Shown here in pieces: positions 40,273-51,696 of a stretch of DNA of 64,000 nucleotides. Position 1 is the first letter of the stretch. Each line of letters opens with the position of its first letter. A model generated the notes under the pieces. It saw only the letters and a list, made by a program, of their open reading frames with translations, did not search any database and was not told the origin of the DNA. This stretch comes from Burkholderiales bacterium (lineage in GTDB: Bacteria > Pseudomonadota > Gammaproteobacteria > Burkholderiales > Burkholderiaceae_C): assembly GCA_016195825.1 (NCBI GenBank), contig JACPYV010000130.1:3719-67718 (forward strand), read 5' to 3'. Both the position numbers and the translations under genes were made by a program.

Positions 40273-42124
40273 AGTTGCCGTCGCTGCGCGACTGGGAACC
40301 ACTCGCGCAGCTCGTGAACTCGCGGTTGCCGCTGCCGGTGGCCTGGTTGCTTTCCCAGACGGCCGACGAGCCGTTCCACTTCACGTACTTGTACTGGATG
40401 GCCATGCCGGCAGGCAGGCTGACGGAGCCGCTCCAGGGCACGTTGGCGCCGGAGCCCTGGATCGTCAGGGCAAAACCGGAGGCGGGCGCCCAGGCACCCA
40501 GGCCGCTGACGCTGCCGACCACGCGCAGGTTCTGCCCCACCACCGTGTTGGCATTGGCGATGGTGAAGGTCACCGCACAGCTGCTGCCACCACCGCCGCT
40601 GGCCTTCTGGCCGGTGTAGAGGGCCACGGCCGGCGTGCTGCCGCTGCTGTTGGCCGGCACCGTGAAGCTGGCATTGCCGCCGGCATCCACCGTCACCGCG
40701 TCAGCCGTGCAGCCAGTGCCGGCCGCGTTCTTCGTGCCGTTGATGACGTTGCAGTAGGTGCCCGCCGGCAGGCCAGTGGCGAAGCTGCGCGTCCAGGCAC
40801 TGGCGCTGTTGTTCAGCGCCACGAAGCCCACGTTGCCGCGGCTGAACGCGACCTGGTTGCCGTTGTCGCCCACGATCCAATTCTGCTGCGCCTGACCCGT
40901 GGCGGCATTGCGGAAGGCCACCATGTTGGCCAGCGGCGTCCAGCGGTGGGCGAAGTCCCAGACCACATTGATCTGCGGGCTGCCGCCGCTGTAGGGGCTG
41001 GCGCTGGGGCGGTCCGCACCGGTGTCGCTGAACTTGAAGCCCGAGTACAACTGGGCCTCGCCGTAGCCCTGGGCCAGCATGAAGACGTTGGCCAATGTGT
41101 AGCGCTGATTGGCCGCGTCGTTGCCGGCCGCGTTGTTGATGTTCAGCGAGCCGCCGTTGCGCTCGGTGTCCCAGTTGGTGATGAAGACGGTGGCGTTCTG
41201 CGGCTGGATGAAGCCCCAGCTGCCGCCCCAGTTGCCCCAGGTGCCCATCACGCCGGGAATGCTGGCGAGGCTTAGGCCGTTGTTGCCGCGGAAGACGTCG
41301 CGCATGGCCGACGTGAACTGGAACTCGTTCAGCGTGCCGACGGGGAAGTAGCTCGGCCGATCCACCTCGCCGTCGTTGATGATCTCCTGCGTGACCCAGA
41401 TGGGCTCGCCCTGCAGCGTCGTCGGGTAGGCGGCCTTGACGGCATTCATGATGGTCGTCCAGCTGCCAGCGGGCATGTGCTTGGCTGCATCGATGCGGAA
41501 GCCATCCACGCCCAGCGCCAGCAGCGCCTTCAGGTAGTTGGCGATCTGGCCCTGCACATAGCTGCTCTCGGTTGCCAGGTCGGGCAGGCCGCCCAGGCGG
41601 CAGTTCTGCACGTTACTGCGACCCGCCGGACTGTTGTAGTCGCTGTCGGCGATGCCGCAGTTGGCGTGGAAGTCACTGGCGCTGAAGTAGGGGTAGGCCA
41701 GGGTGCCGGCGTTCCAAGTCGAGCCGTCGGTGGCGGTGCCGCTGGCATCGGCCATCTGGTTGACGACGATGTCGGCATACACGCGCACGCCGGCCGTGTG
41801 GCAGGCACTGATCATGGACTGCAGCTGCGCGGGCGTGCCCATGCGGCTGGTCAGGTTCACGTAGTTGACGGGCTGGTAGACACCCCACCAGCCGTTGGCG
41901 TTCTTGGACGCGCCGGGCGGTGAGATCTGCACGCCGCCAAAGCCCTTGGGGCCCAGCCACTGCGTGCATTCGGTGGCGATGTCGGGCCAGGCCCACTCGA
42001 ACATCTGCACGGACGTGGAGTTCGGGTTCAGTGCGAGGGCAGGGGATGCCGAGGCGGCCAGGGCGGCGCTGGTGGCCAACGTCAGGGCGTGGATGAGCCG
42101 GCGGCTCGGCGGCAGCTTTTGCAT
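40262..42124 (-). CDS. Secreted GH13 alpha-amylase with C-terminal CBM20 starch-binding domain
   Basis: VQMFEW, GFGGVQISPP, GFRIDAAKH, TQE, NWD, QVAFSRG, CBM20 (LGAW...QYKYV...WES); convergent overlap with the CNNM gene. Confidence 0.9.
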   Translation of the reverse strand: MQKLPPSRRLIHALTLATSAALAASASPALALNPNSTSVQMFEWAWPDIATECTQWLGPKGFGGVQISPPGASKNANGWWGVYQPVNYVNLTSRMGTPAQLQSMISACHTAGVRVYADIVVNQMADASGTATDGSTWNAGTLAYPYFSASDFHANCGIADSDYNSPAGRSNVQNCRLGGLPDLATESSYVQGQIANYLKALLALGVDGFRIDAAKHMPAGSWTTIMNAVKAAYPTTLQGEPIWVTQEIINDGEVDRPSYFPVGTLNEFQFTSAMRDVFRGNNGLSLASIPGVMGTWGNWGGSWGFIQPQNATVFITNWDTERNGGSLNINNAAGNDAANQRYTLANVFMLAQGYGEAQLYSGFKFSDTGADRPSASPYSGGSPQINVVWDFAHRWTPLANMVAFRNAATGQAQQNWIVGDNGNQVAFSRGNVGFVALNNSASAWTRSFATGLPAGTYCNVINGTKNAAGTGCTADAVTVDAGGNASFTVPANSSGSTPAVALYTGQKASGGGGSSCAVTFTIANANTVVGQNLRVVGSVSGLGAWAPASGFALTIQGSGANVPWSGSVSLPAGMAIQYKYVKWNGSSAVWESNQATGSGNREFTSCASGSQSRSDGNFKF

Positions 42125-42257
42125 GGTCTTGTCTCCGGTGGGTTCGAACGTTGCCCTCGTGGCGGGGCAGCTGTGTCGGCCAATCGACTGCATTGCCATG
42201 GCCGCCTTTCCGGTTCTGGAAAGTGCCGCGACTCTAGGCAGTCATCCCACAAAACAA

Positions 42258-42272
42258 TGTAGTAAAACTACC
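42258..42272. promoter_or_regulatory. Palindromic operator TGTAG-N5-CTAC(C), HexR-like
   Basis: TGTAGTAAAACTACC next to the -35 position of a minus-strand promoter (TAGAGT -10 at 42231-42236). Confidence 0.4.
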
Positions 42273-42331
42273 AATTCAGGCAATTTATCCCTAGAAATAC
42301 GGCAAGGAAAATGTTTCCGGCCGTAGTCTGG

Positions 42332-44935
<2,604 letters not shown>

Positions 44936-44938
44936 CGC

Positions 44939-47002
44939 GTGGCTGAGATCCGGCCCTTTTCGCGGTGGCCATGGCCGATTGGGTTGTGCATCCTGGTCAT
45001 GTGCCTGCTGCTGGCCGGCGCGGCGGCACAGGCCGCAGACTTGTCCCTGCGCTTCGACCTGCTTGGCACGGACGGGCAGCGGCTGCCTTGGAGCAGCGCA
45101 GGTCCGGCGGACCCGCAGGCGGAGAACGCCGAGGTGCTGGGCGGGGGGCCGGGTGCGCACCAGTCGGTGAACGCCCTGGTGGTGCGCGCAGATGGGCGTG
45201 AAGCCTATGCACTGCGGGGCAACGGTGGCACGCTGGCCTGGATGCCGCAGGGCGTGGCCGGTCTGTCGCAAGACGTTGCGCCGGCGCCTGAGCTACCGCC
45301 CCTGTCGTGGGCCATGGCGATGGCATGGGACGAGGCCCGAGGCGTGCTGATGCTGGTCTCCAGCGGCGTCGACGCCATGGTGTACCGCTACGACACGCGC
45401 CGCCATGCCTGGTTGGGTGCGCATCCGCTGAACTACCGTGGCGTGAGCGGGCTGGCCTTCAATGCAGCCACCGGCGGCTTTGTTGCTGCGACGGCCGATG
45501 CTGAGTTGCTGATGCTGGATGCGGACGGCATGCTTCAACAAGTCCACCCACTGGCCGGTGCACTCGACGATCTGCGTACCGCACGCAAGCAAAGCCCCAG
45601 CCGCGTCACGTTGGAGGGCCTGCAAGCAGTGGCGCAAGGGCCGCGGGTGGTGCTCGTCAACGTATATGCCGGTCGCGTCTCGCACGTGTGGACCTACGAC
45701 ACGGACACCCGGCGCGCGTGGCTCGGCTACCGCGCGGCGGGGCTGCCCCCCATGGCGCTGGCGGCCTCTGCGGCGGCGCATGCGTCGAGTGCCGCGATCG
45801 GCGGCGCTGCGGCAGGCTGGTTTGCACAGGCGCTGGCACATCCGAGCCGTGCCTTGGCGAGCGTGCCAGCGTCCGTGCAGGCTTGGCTGCCGCTGGCCGC
45901 CTGCCTCTCGCTGGCAATGTGGCTGGCCTTGCTCGCCTGGCAAGCGTGGCGCCCGACGCGCAGCGTCGCGAGACGCAGGTGGGTCGGCGTGGTGGTGCTG
46001 GCGCTGGCCGCCGGTCCGCTGCTGGCGCTGTGGGACGGCGTGCCTCAGGGGCAACGGCCGCTGCTGACGCCGTGGGAGCTGTGGAACGTGATGCTGATGC
46101 TGTGGGCCACGTTGCGGATGCATTTGCCGGTGGGACAGCTGTTCGCTCCCGATGTCATGGCTCGCATCGTCGCGACCGCGGGCTTCGGCCTCGCGTTGCT
46201 CAGCGTGGCGCTGCTGCTCGTCAACCCGCGTCGGCGCGGCGTGCGGTGGTTGCTGTTCGCTGCGGCATTGCTGCTTGCAACGCCACCGGCGTGGGAGCTC
46301 CGGGCGCGCCGTGCCGAGAGCGAGGCTTTCGCCCGGGAACTGGCAGCGGGCATGGCGCTGTTCGAGGAACGCTGCAGCACCGCCGGCGCGACCCGGCGAT
46401 ATGCCGTCGGCGCCGTGGAAGGGGTGCGCCTGACCGGGCTGCGGGCACCGGTGTCCGATACCGCTCCCACCGATCGCGACTGGCCCGACGCCGGTTTGCC
46501 CCGTGATCGCGTCGGCGATGAGTACATCCGCGCCTTCCTGACCGTTGAGGTGCAAGACGACCGCACCCACCCAGGCTGGAGCATGCCTGGGTTGCCAGGC
46601 ACCGTCACATTGGCGGGCTATCGCTTCGTGGATGTGGCCCAGCCGGACGGCAGCTATCGGCGCTACCGAACCGCGTCCGAAAGTGGCAAGAGCGACATGA
46701 CCGCTGAGCTCATTGCCGCTGACCAGGCTGCGCGCTACGCTGTCGAGTTTGCTCGAATCGACGCGGCCGGGGACCGACAGCACTGGGTGGCCGGCGCAAC
46801 CGTGAAGGTGATCGACACGCAAAGCGCCGAAGTCATCGGCGAACTCACGGCTTTTTCCCACGTGCCGCCTCACCGCCGGGCCCGTGGCCAGCCGGACTCA
46901 CGCAACTGGACGGACGCACGCACCTGCCCCGCTTACAACGACTTGCCCGACCTGCGGGCCAGGATGTTCACGGAAGAGGTGCTGCAGCGTCCGCGACGCT
47001 GA
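44939..47002 (+). CDS. Hypothetical two-module exported/membrane protein
   Basis: 687-aa ORF: signal peptide + beta-rich domain, Ala-rich linker, 3-4 TM helices, soluble domain bounded by two Cys. Confidence 0.6.
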   Translation: MAEIRPFSRWPWPIGLCILVMCLLLAGAAAQAADLSLRFDLLGTDGQRLPWSSAGPADPQAENAEVLGGGPGAHQSVNALVVRADGREAYALRGNGGTLAWMPQGVAGLSQDVAPAPELPPLSWAMAMAWDEARGVLMLVSSGVDAMVYRYDTRRHAWLGAHPLNYRGVSGLAFNAATGGFVAATADAELLMLDADGMLQQVHPLAGALDDLRTARKQSPSRVTLEGLQAVAQGPRVVLVNVYAGRVSHVWTYDTDTRRAWLGYRAAGLPPMALAASAAAHASSAAIGGAAAGWFAQALAHPSRALASVPASVQAWLPLAACLSLAMWLALLAWQAWRPTRSVARRRWVGVVVLALAAGPLLALWDGVPQGQRPLLTPWELWNVMLMLWATLRMHLPVGQLFAPDVMARIVATAGFGLALLSVALLLVNPRRRGVRWLLFAAALLLATPPAWELRARRAESEAFARELAAGMALFEERCSTAGATRRYAVGAVEGVRLTGLRAPVSDTAPTDRDWPDAGLPRDRVGDEYIRAFLTVEVQDDRTHPGWSMPGLPGTVTLAGYRFVDVAQPDGSYRRYRTASESGKSDMTAELIAADQAARYAVEFARIDAAGDRQHWVAGATVKVIDTQSAEVIGELTAFSHVPPHRRARGQPDSRNWTDARTCPAYNDLPDLRARMFTEEVLQRPRR

Positions 47003-47093
47003 CCAGTCAGGCAGGACCGATCGTTCGATCCGCGCGAGTTTTAGATTCGTGCGTGCGACGCCCCTGGCGGCCTACATCGGCGGTCAACCCGCC

Positions 47094-48041
47094 TTAGGCA
47101 TGGCGTGCGGGACCATGCCGCATCAGCGGCTTCAACGGCCCACTGAGCAAGGGCCCCTTGGCCCAGTCGGGCGTGGTCTCGAACAAGTGGTCGATGAAAG
47201 CCCGGGTCTTGGCCGGCATCAGCCGCCGGCTGGCGGTCAGCAGGTGCACGGGCAGCGGCTCGTAGCTCCACTCGGGCAGCACCGGCACCAGCGTGCCGGC
47301 GGCCACGTCCGATGCGACCATGCCGAACGGGAAACTGCCGATGCCGCCGCCGGCGCGCGCCAGTGACAGAACCAGGCCGATGGAGTTGGCCTCCAATGGT
47401 CCCTTCATCTGCACCTCGGCCGTCTGCTTGCCGTTCAGCAGCGTGCGGTACATGCCCTTGCCCTGTGTCAGCACGACGAAATCGTGCTCTGCCAGGTCCG
47501 CCGGCGTCTGCGGCGCGGGCCGGGCCTGCAGGTAGACGGGGCTGGCATACAGGCCGCGCTCCAGCAGCATGTATTGCCGCGCGATCAGGTCGGGCTCATC
47601 CACCGCGCCCATGCGCACGGCCACGTCGTAGGGCTCGTTGAACAGGTCCACACGGCGCGGCGTCGTGTCCACCTCCAGCTCCACCTTGGGATAGCGGCGA
47701 ACGAAGCGCGCGAAGCTCTCGGCCAGCACCAGCATCGCAAACTCGGCCGGCACTGACACCCGCAGGCGCCCCTGCGGCGTGGCCTCGCGCGAGGCCAGCC
47801 AGTGGCGGGTCTCGGCAATGTCGTCGTCATGCCGCGCGGCGCGCTCGGCGAGCTGCTCGCCCAGTTCGGTCAGCGTGAGCCGGCTGGCACCGGGCACGAA
47901 CAGACGCGCACCCACCGAGGTCTCCAGCGCCGTGAGGCGCCGGCTCAGGGTGGCCTTGGGCAGGTCCAACTGGCGGGCCGCCTCGGAGAGCGATCCGGCC
48001 TTGTGAACCTGGGCCAGCAAGAGCAGGTCGTCAATTTTCAT
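47094..48041 (-). CDS. LysR-type regulator (CrgA/DmlR-like)
   Basis: GSLSEAARQL...TLSRRL HTH, GRLRVSVP, DVAVRMG, KTRAFID. Confidence 0.9.
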   Translation of the reverse strand: MKIDDLLLLAQVHKAGSLSEAARQLDLPKATLSRRLTALETSVGARLFVPGASRLTLTELGEQLAERAARHDDDIAETRHWLASREATPQGRLRVSVPAEFAMLVLAESFARFVRRYPKVELEVDTTPRRVDLFNEPYDVAVRMGAVDEPDLIARQYMLLERGLYASPVYLQARPAPQTPADLAEHDFVVLTQGKGMYRTLLNGKQTAEVQMKGPLEANSIGLVLSLARAGGGIGSFPFGMVASDVAAGTLVPVLPEWSYEPLPVHLLTASRRLMPAKTRAFIDHLFETTPDWAKGPLLSGPLKPLMRHGPARHA

Positions 48042-48142
48042 GGCGTCATTCGTCTCGTTTTATTTCGTTTCGTTTCCGGAACGGTGCGTTTGAGTTTTGC
48101 GGCTATTCACCGGAAATGGAACTCTCTACAGTCCGCCCCATC

Positions 48143-48997
48143 ATGTCAAGCACCCGTCTGCTGCAACCCCAAAGGCACCGCATCGGCGCCGGCTTCCAGG
48201 CCGAGGGCTGGCGGGAGCCACTGGCGCTGCTGGACCCCTTCATCATGGTGGACCACTTCCGCATGAGCGAGCCGGCGTTTGCGCCGCATCCGCATGCGGG
48301 CTTCTCGGCAGTGACCTATCTGTTCGACGACTCAGCCACCGGCATGGTCAGCCGCGACTCGCTGGGCGGCGAGCACGCCATCCCGCCCGGCGGCCTGCAC
48401 TGGACGCTGGCCGGCCGCGGCGTCATGCACGACGAGTTCCCCGCCGAGCCGGGCCGCGAGGCCCATGGCCTGCAGATCTTCGTCAACCTGCCGGCCGACC
48501 AGAAGCTGCGTGCGCCAAGCGTCATGCGCCTGTCCCCGCAGCAGATGCCGCGCCGGGCGGGCAAGGGCTGGCGGGCCGTGCAGGTCTTCGGTGCCGACAC
48601 GCCGCTGGACCTGCCTTGGCCGGTGTCGCTGATCCTCGTCGATATCGATGCCGGCGTGAGCTTCGACCTGGCGCTGGCCGAGGGGGAGCAGGGCTTTGCG
48701 CTGGTCATCCAGGGCAGCGGCCAGGCCGACCACTGGCCGCTGTCCGCCGGCCGTGCGCTGAGCCTGCCCGTCGCCGGCCGGGCCTGTGTCGTGGCCGACC
48801 AACCCCTGCGACTGGCCTGTTTCTCGGGCCAGCCGCTGTTCGAACCCGTCGTGCGCCACGGCCCCTTCGTCATGAGTGACGAGGGCCAGGTGGTCGCGGC
48901 GCTGCAGCGCTTCCAGTCCGGTGGCATGGGCCGCCTCGGCGCCCGGTCACCCGCAAGCACAACCCCAACGATCCAAAACAAGGAAACCCTGTCATGA
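48143..48997 (+). CDS. Pirin family protein
   Basis: DPFIMVDH, PHPHAG, AGRGVMHDE, LQIFVNLP, GPFVM. Confidence 0.88.
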   Translation: MSSTRLLQPQRHRIGAGFQAEGWREPLALLDPFIMVDHFRMSEPAFAPHPHAGFSAVTYLFDDSATGMVSRDSLGGEHAIPPGGLHWTLAGRGVMHDEFPAEPGREAHGLQIFVNLPADQKLRAPSVMRLSPQQMPRRAGKGWRAVQVFGADTPLDLPWPVSLILVDIDAGVSFDLALAEGEQGFALVIQGSGQADHWPLSAGRALSLPVAGRACVVADQPLRLACFSGQPLFEPVVRHGPFVMSDEGQVVAALQRFQSGGMGRLGARSPASTTPTIQNKETLS

Positions 48998-50088
48998 ACG
49001 CACCGCAAGAGAACGCCGCTGCCGCACCCAAGCCCGTGAAGAGCGGCCCGCCCGTTCCGCTGCTGGTCGTCGGCGCGCTGCTGCTGATCGGCGGCATCGG
49101 CCTGGGCGGCCGCATGTGGTGGCGCAGCCAGCACCTGGTCGAGACGGACAACGCCTTCGTCGCTGGCCGGCTGCACCCGGTGGCCACGCGCGTGGCCGGT
49201 GTCGTCACCGAGATGCGCATGCAGGACAACGCCGTCGTCAAGTCCGGCGACGTGCTGCTGCGCCTGGACCCGGCCGATGCGGCCGTGCAGATCGAGCGCC
49301 TGAAGGCCCAGATTGCGCAGGCCGACGCGGCCATCGCCACCAGCGGCGCACAGATCGCCCAGGCCAAGGCCCAGGCTGCCGTCACCAACTCCCAGGTGGC
49401 CCAGGCCGAGAGCGTGCTGTCTCGCACCGAGCTGGAGGCCAAGCGCAGCCAGGCGCTGTTTGGCGCGGAGCTGCGCGCCACCAGCAAGCAGGAGCTGGAT
49501 GCCGCCCTGGCCGCCCGCGATGTGGCGCGCGCCGACGTGGCAGCCCGCAAGGCCAGCGCCGCCGCCGCCAAGGAGGCCGTGGCCGCCGCCGAAAGCACCC
49601 GTCAGTCCGCCAATGCACAGAAGAGCGCCACGCAGGCCCAGCTGAAGGACGCGCAGAACCAGCTCGGCTACGTCGAGCTGAAGGCGTCCAGCGATGGCCG
49701 CATCGGCAAGCGCACGGTGGAGGTGGGCCAGCGCGTGCAGGCCGGCCAGCAACTGGCCGCCATCGTCGAGCCCGAGACCTGGATCGTCGCCAACTTCAAG
49801 GAGACGCAGTTGGCGCGCATGAAGCCCGGCCAGAAGGTGCGCGTCAAGCTCGACGCATTCCCCGGTCAGGAACTGACGGCCAAGGTCGACAGCTTCGCCC
49901 CGGCTTCGGGTGCCAGCTTCGCGCTGCTGCCGCCGGACAACGCCACCGGCAACTTCACCAAGATCGTCCAGCGCGTGCCGGTCAAGATCGTGTTCGAGCC
50001 GGAGAGTCTCAAGGCGCTGGGTGAACAGGCTTCGCGCATCGTGCCGGGGCTGTCCGTGCAAGTAGAAGTCGAGATCGCCGCCGAGTAA
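48994..50088 (+). CDS. EmrA/HlyD-family efflux periplasmic adaptor
   Basis: ETDNAFV, IVANFKETQL, FALLPPDNATGNFTKIVQRVPVKI. Confidence 0.88.
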   Translation: MNAPQENAAAAPKPVKSGPPVPLLVVGALLLIGGIGLGGRMWWRSQHLVETDNAFVAGRLHPVATRVAGVVTEMRMQDNAVVKSGDVLLRLDPADAAVQIERLKAQIAQADAAIATSGAQIAQAKAQAAVTNSQVAQAESVLSRTELEAKRSQALFGAELRATSKQELDAALAARDVARADVAARKASAAAAKEAVAAAESTRQSANAQKSATQAQLKDAQNQLGYVELKASSDGRIGKRTVEVGQRVQAGQQLAAIVEPETWIVANFKETQLARMKPGQKVRVKLDAFPGQELTAKVDSFAPASGASFALLPPDNATGNFTKIVQRVPVKIVFEPESLKALGEQASRIVPGLSVQVEVEIAAE

Positions 50089-50095
50089 CGTCGCC

Positions 50096-51679
50096 ATGGG
50101 CAACGAAAACTACCTCCCCCCGCCGCCCGGCGAGAAGGTCAGCGGGCGCACCTGGCTGGCCGTGCTGGCCAGCCTTCTGGGCGCCTTCATGGCGGTGCTG
50201 GACATCGCCATCACCAACTCGTCGCTGAGGGACATCCTCGGCGCGCTGTCGGCCACGCAGGAAGAGGGCTCCTGGATCTCCAGCGCCTACCTGGTCGCCG
50301 AGATCGTCGTCATCCCGCTCGCGGGCTTCCTGTCGATGGTGTTCTCCACGCGCCGCTACCTGGTGGTCAACGTCGCGCTGTTCCTGCTGTTCAGCACGCT
50401 GTGCGGCATGGCCTGGAGCCTGGAGTCCATGATCGCCTTCCGCGCGGCGCAAGGCTTCACGGGCGGTGTGATGATTCCGATGGCGATGACGCTAGTCACG
50501 CGCAAGCTTCCGCTGAAGAAGCGCCCCATCGGCCTGGCACTCTTCGGCATGACGGCCACCCTGGCCCCGACGCTGGGCCCCACGGTGGGCGGCTACCTGA
50601 CCGAGCTTTACGGCTGGCCCAGCATCTTCTACATCAACTGGGTGCCGGGCGTGCTGCTGATGCTGGGCGTCAGCATCGGTCTGGACAAGGAGCCAATGAA
50701 CCTGCGGCTGCTGCGCGACGTCGACTGGTGGGGCGTCGTCTTCATGGCTGTGGGCCTGGGTTCGCTGACGGCGATGCTGGAAGAGGGCAATGCCAAGGAC
50801 TGGTTCCAGAGCCCGTTCATCATCACGGCCGCTGTGCTGGCCATTGGTGGCATCTACGGCTGGGCCTGGCGTGGCCTGACGCGCAAGAACACCTTCATCG
50901 ACCTTCACATCCTGGGGCGCCCCAGCTTCCTGATCGCCGGCGTGATCGCGTTCGCCACCGGCATGGGCCTCTACGGCTCGGCCTTCATCCTCCCGCTGTA
51001 CCTGGGCCAGATCGCCAACTACACGCCCATGCAGATCGGGCTGGTCATCATGTGGATGGGCCTGCCGCAGCTGTTCATCATGCCGTTTGCGGCCAAGCTG
51101 TCGACCAAGCTGGACAACCGCGTGATGATGAGCGTGGGCCTCGGGCTGTTCGCCATCTCCTGCTTCATGAACACGCACATGAGCGCCGACACGGCGGGTC
51201 CCGAGCTGCTGGCCGCGCAGATCGTTCGAGCGCTGGGCCAGCCGCTCATCATGATCACGCTAACCAACTTCGCGGTGAACGGCGTGCCGCCCCACCTGCT
51301 GCCCAGCGCATCGGGCATGTTCAACATGATGCGCAACCTCGGCGGCTCGGTCGGGATCGCGACGCTGGCCACGCTGCTGACCAACCGCGAACACCTGCAC
51401 AGCGCCCGCGTCGGCGAGGCCGTCAGCCTCTACGACCCGGCCACGCAGGCGCGGCTGGACACCCTGGCGCAGAACTTCGCGTCCAAGGGCACCGACCTCG
51501 CCACCGCACAGGACATGGCCATCAAGTCGCTGGACAACGTCGTGCGCCGCGACAGCTTCGTCATGGCCTACAACGACGCCTTCCTGATCCTCGGCATCGC
51601 GCTCATCAGCTGCGTCGTCATCGTCTGGATGAGCAAGAAGGTCTTGGGCGGCGCAGGTGCCGCCGAGGCCGCCCACTGA
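50096..51679 (+). CDS. DHA2 (EmrB/QacA) MFS efflux transporter
   Basis: FMAVLDIAITN, WISSAYL, FRAAQGFTGG, LAPTLGP..GG, NMMRNLGGS; about 14 TM. Confidence 0.9.
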   Translation: MGNENYLPPPPGEKVSGRTWLAVLASLLGAFMAVLDIAITNSSLRDILGALSATQEEGSWISSAYLVAEIVVIPLAGFLSMVFSTRRYLVVNVALFLLFSTLCGMAWSLESMIAFRAAQGFTGGVMIPMAMTLVTRKLPLKKRPIGLALFGMTATLAPTLGPTVGGYLTELYGWPSIFYINWVPGVLLMLGVSIGLDKEPMNLRLLRDVDWWGVVFMAVGLGSLTAMLEEGNAKDWFQSPFIITAAVLAIGGIYGWAWRGLTRKNTFIDLHILGRPSFLIAGVIAFATGMGLYGSAFILPLYLGQIANYTPMQIGLVIMWMGLPQLFIMPFAAKLSTKLDNRVMMSVGLGLFAISCFMNTHMSADTAGPELLAAQIVRALGQPLIMITLTNFAVNGVPPHLLPSASGMFNMMRNLGGSVGIATLATLLTNREHLHSARVGEAVSLYDPATQARLDTLAQNFASKGTDLATAQDMAIKSLDNVVRRDSFVMAYNDAFLILGIALISCVVIVWMSKKVLGGAGAAEAAH

Positions 51680-51696
51680 TTCCGAAAGAGATCACC

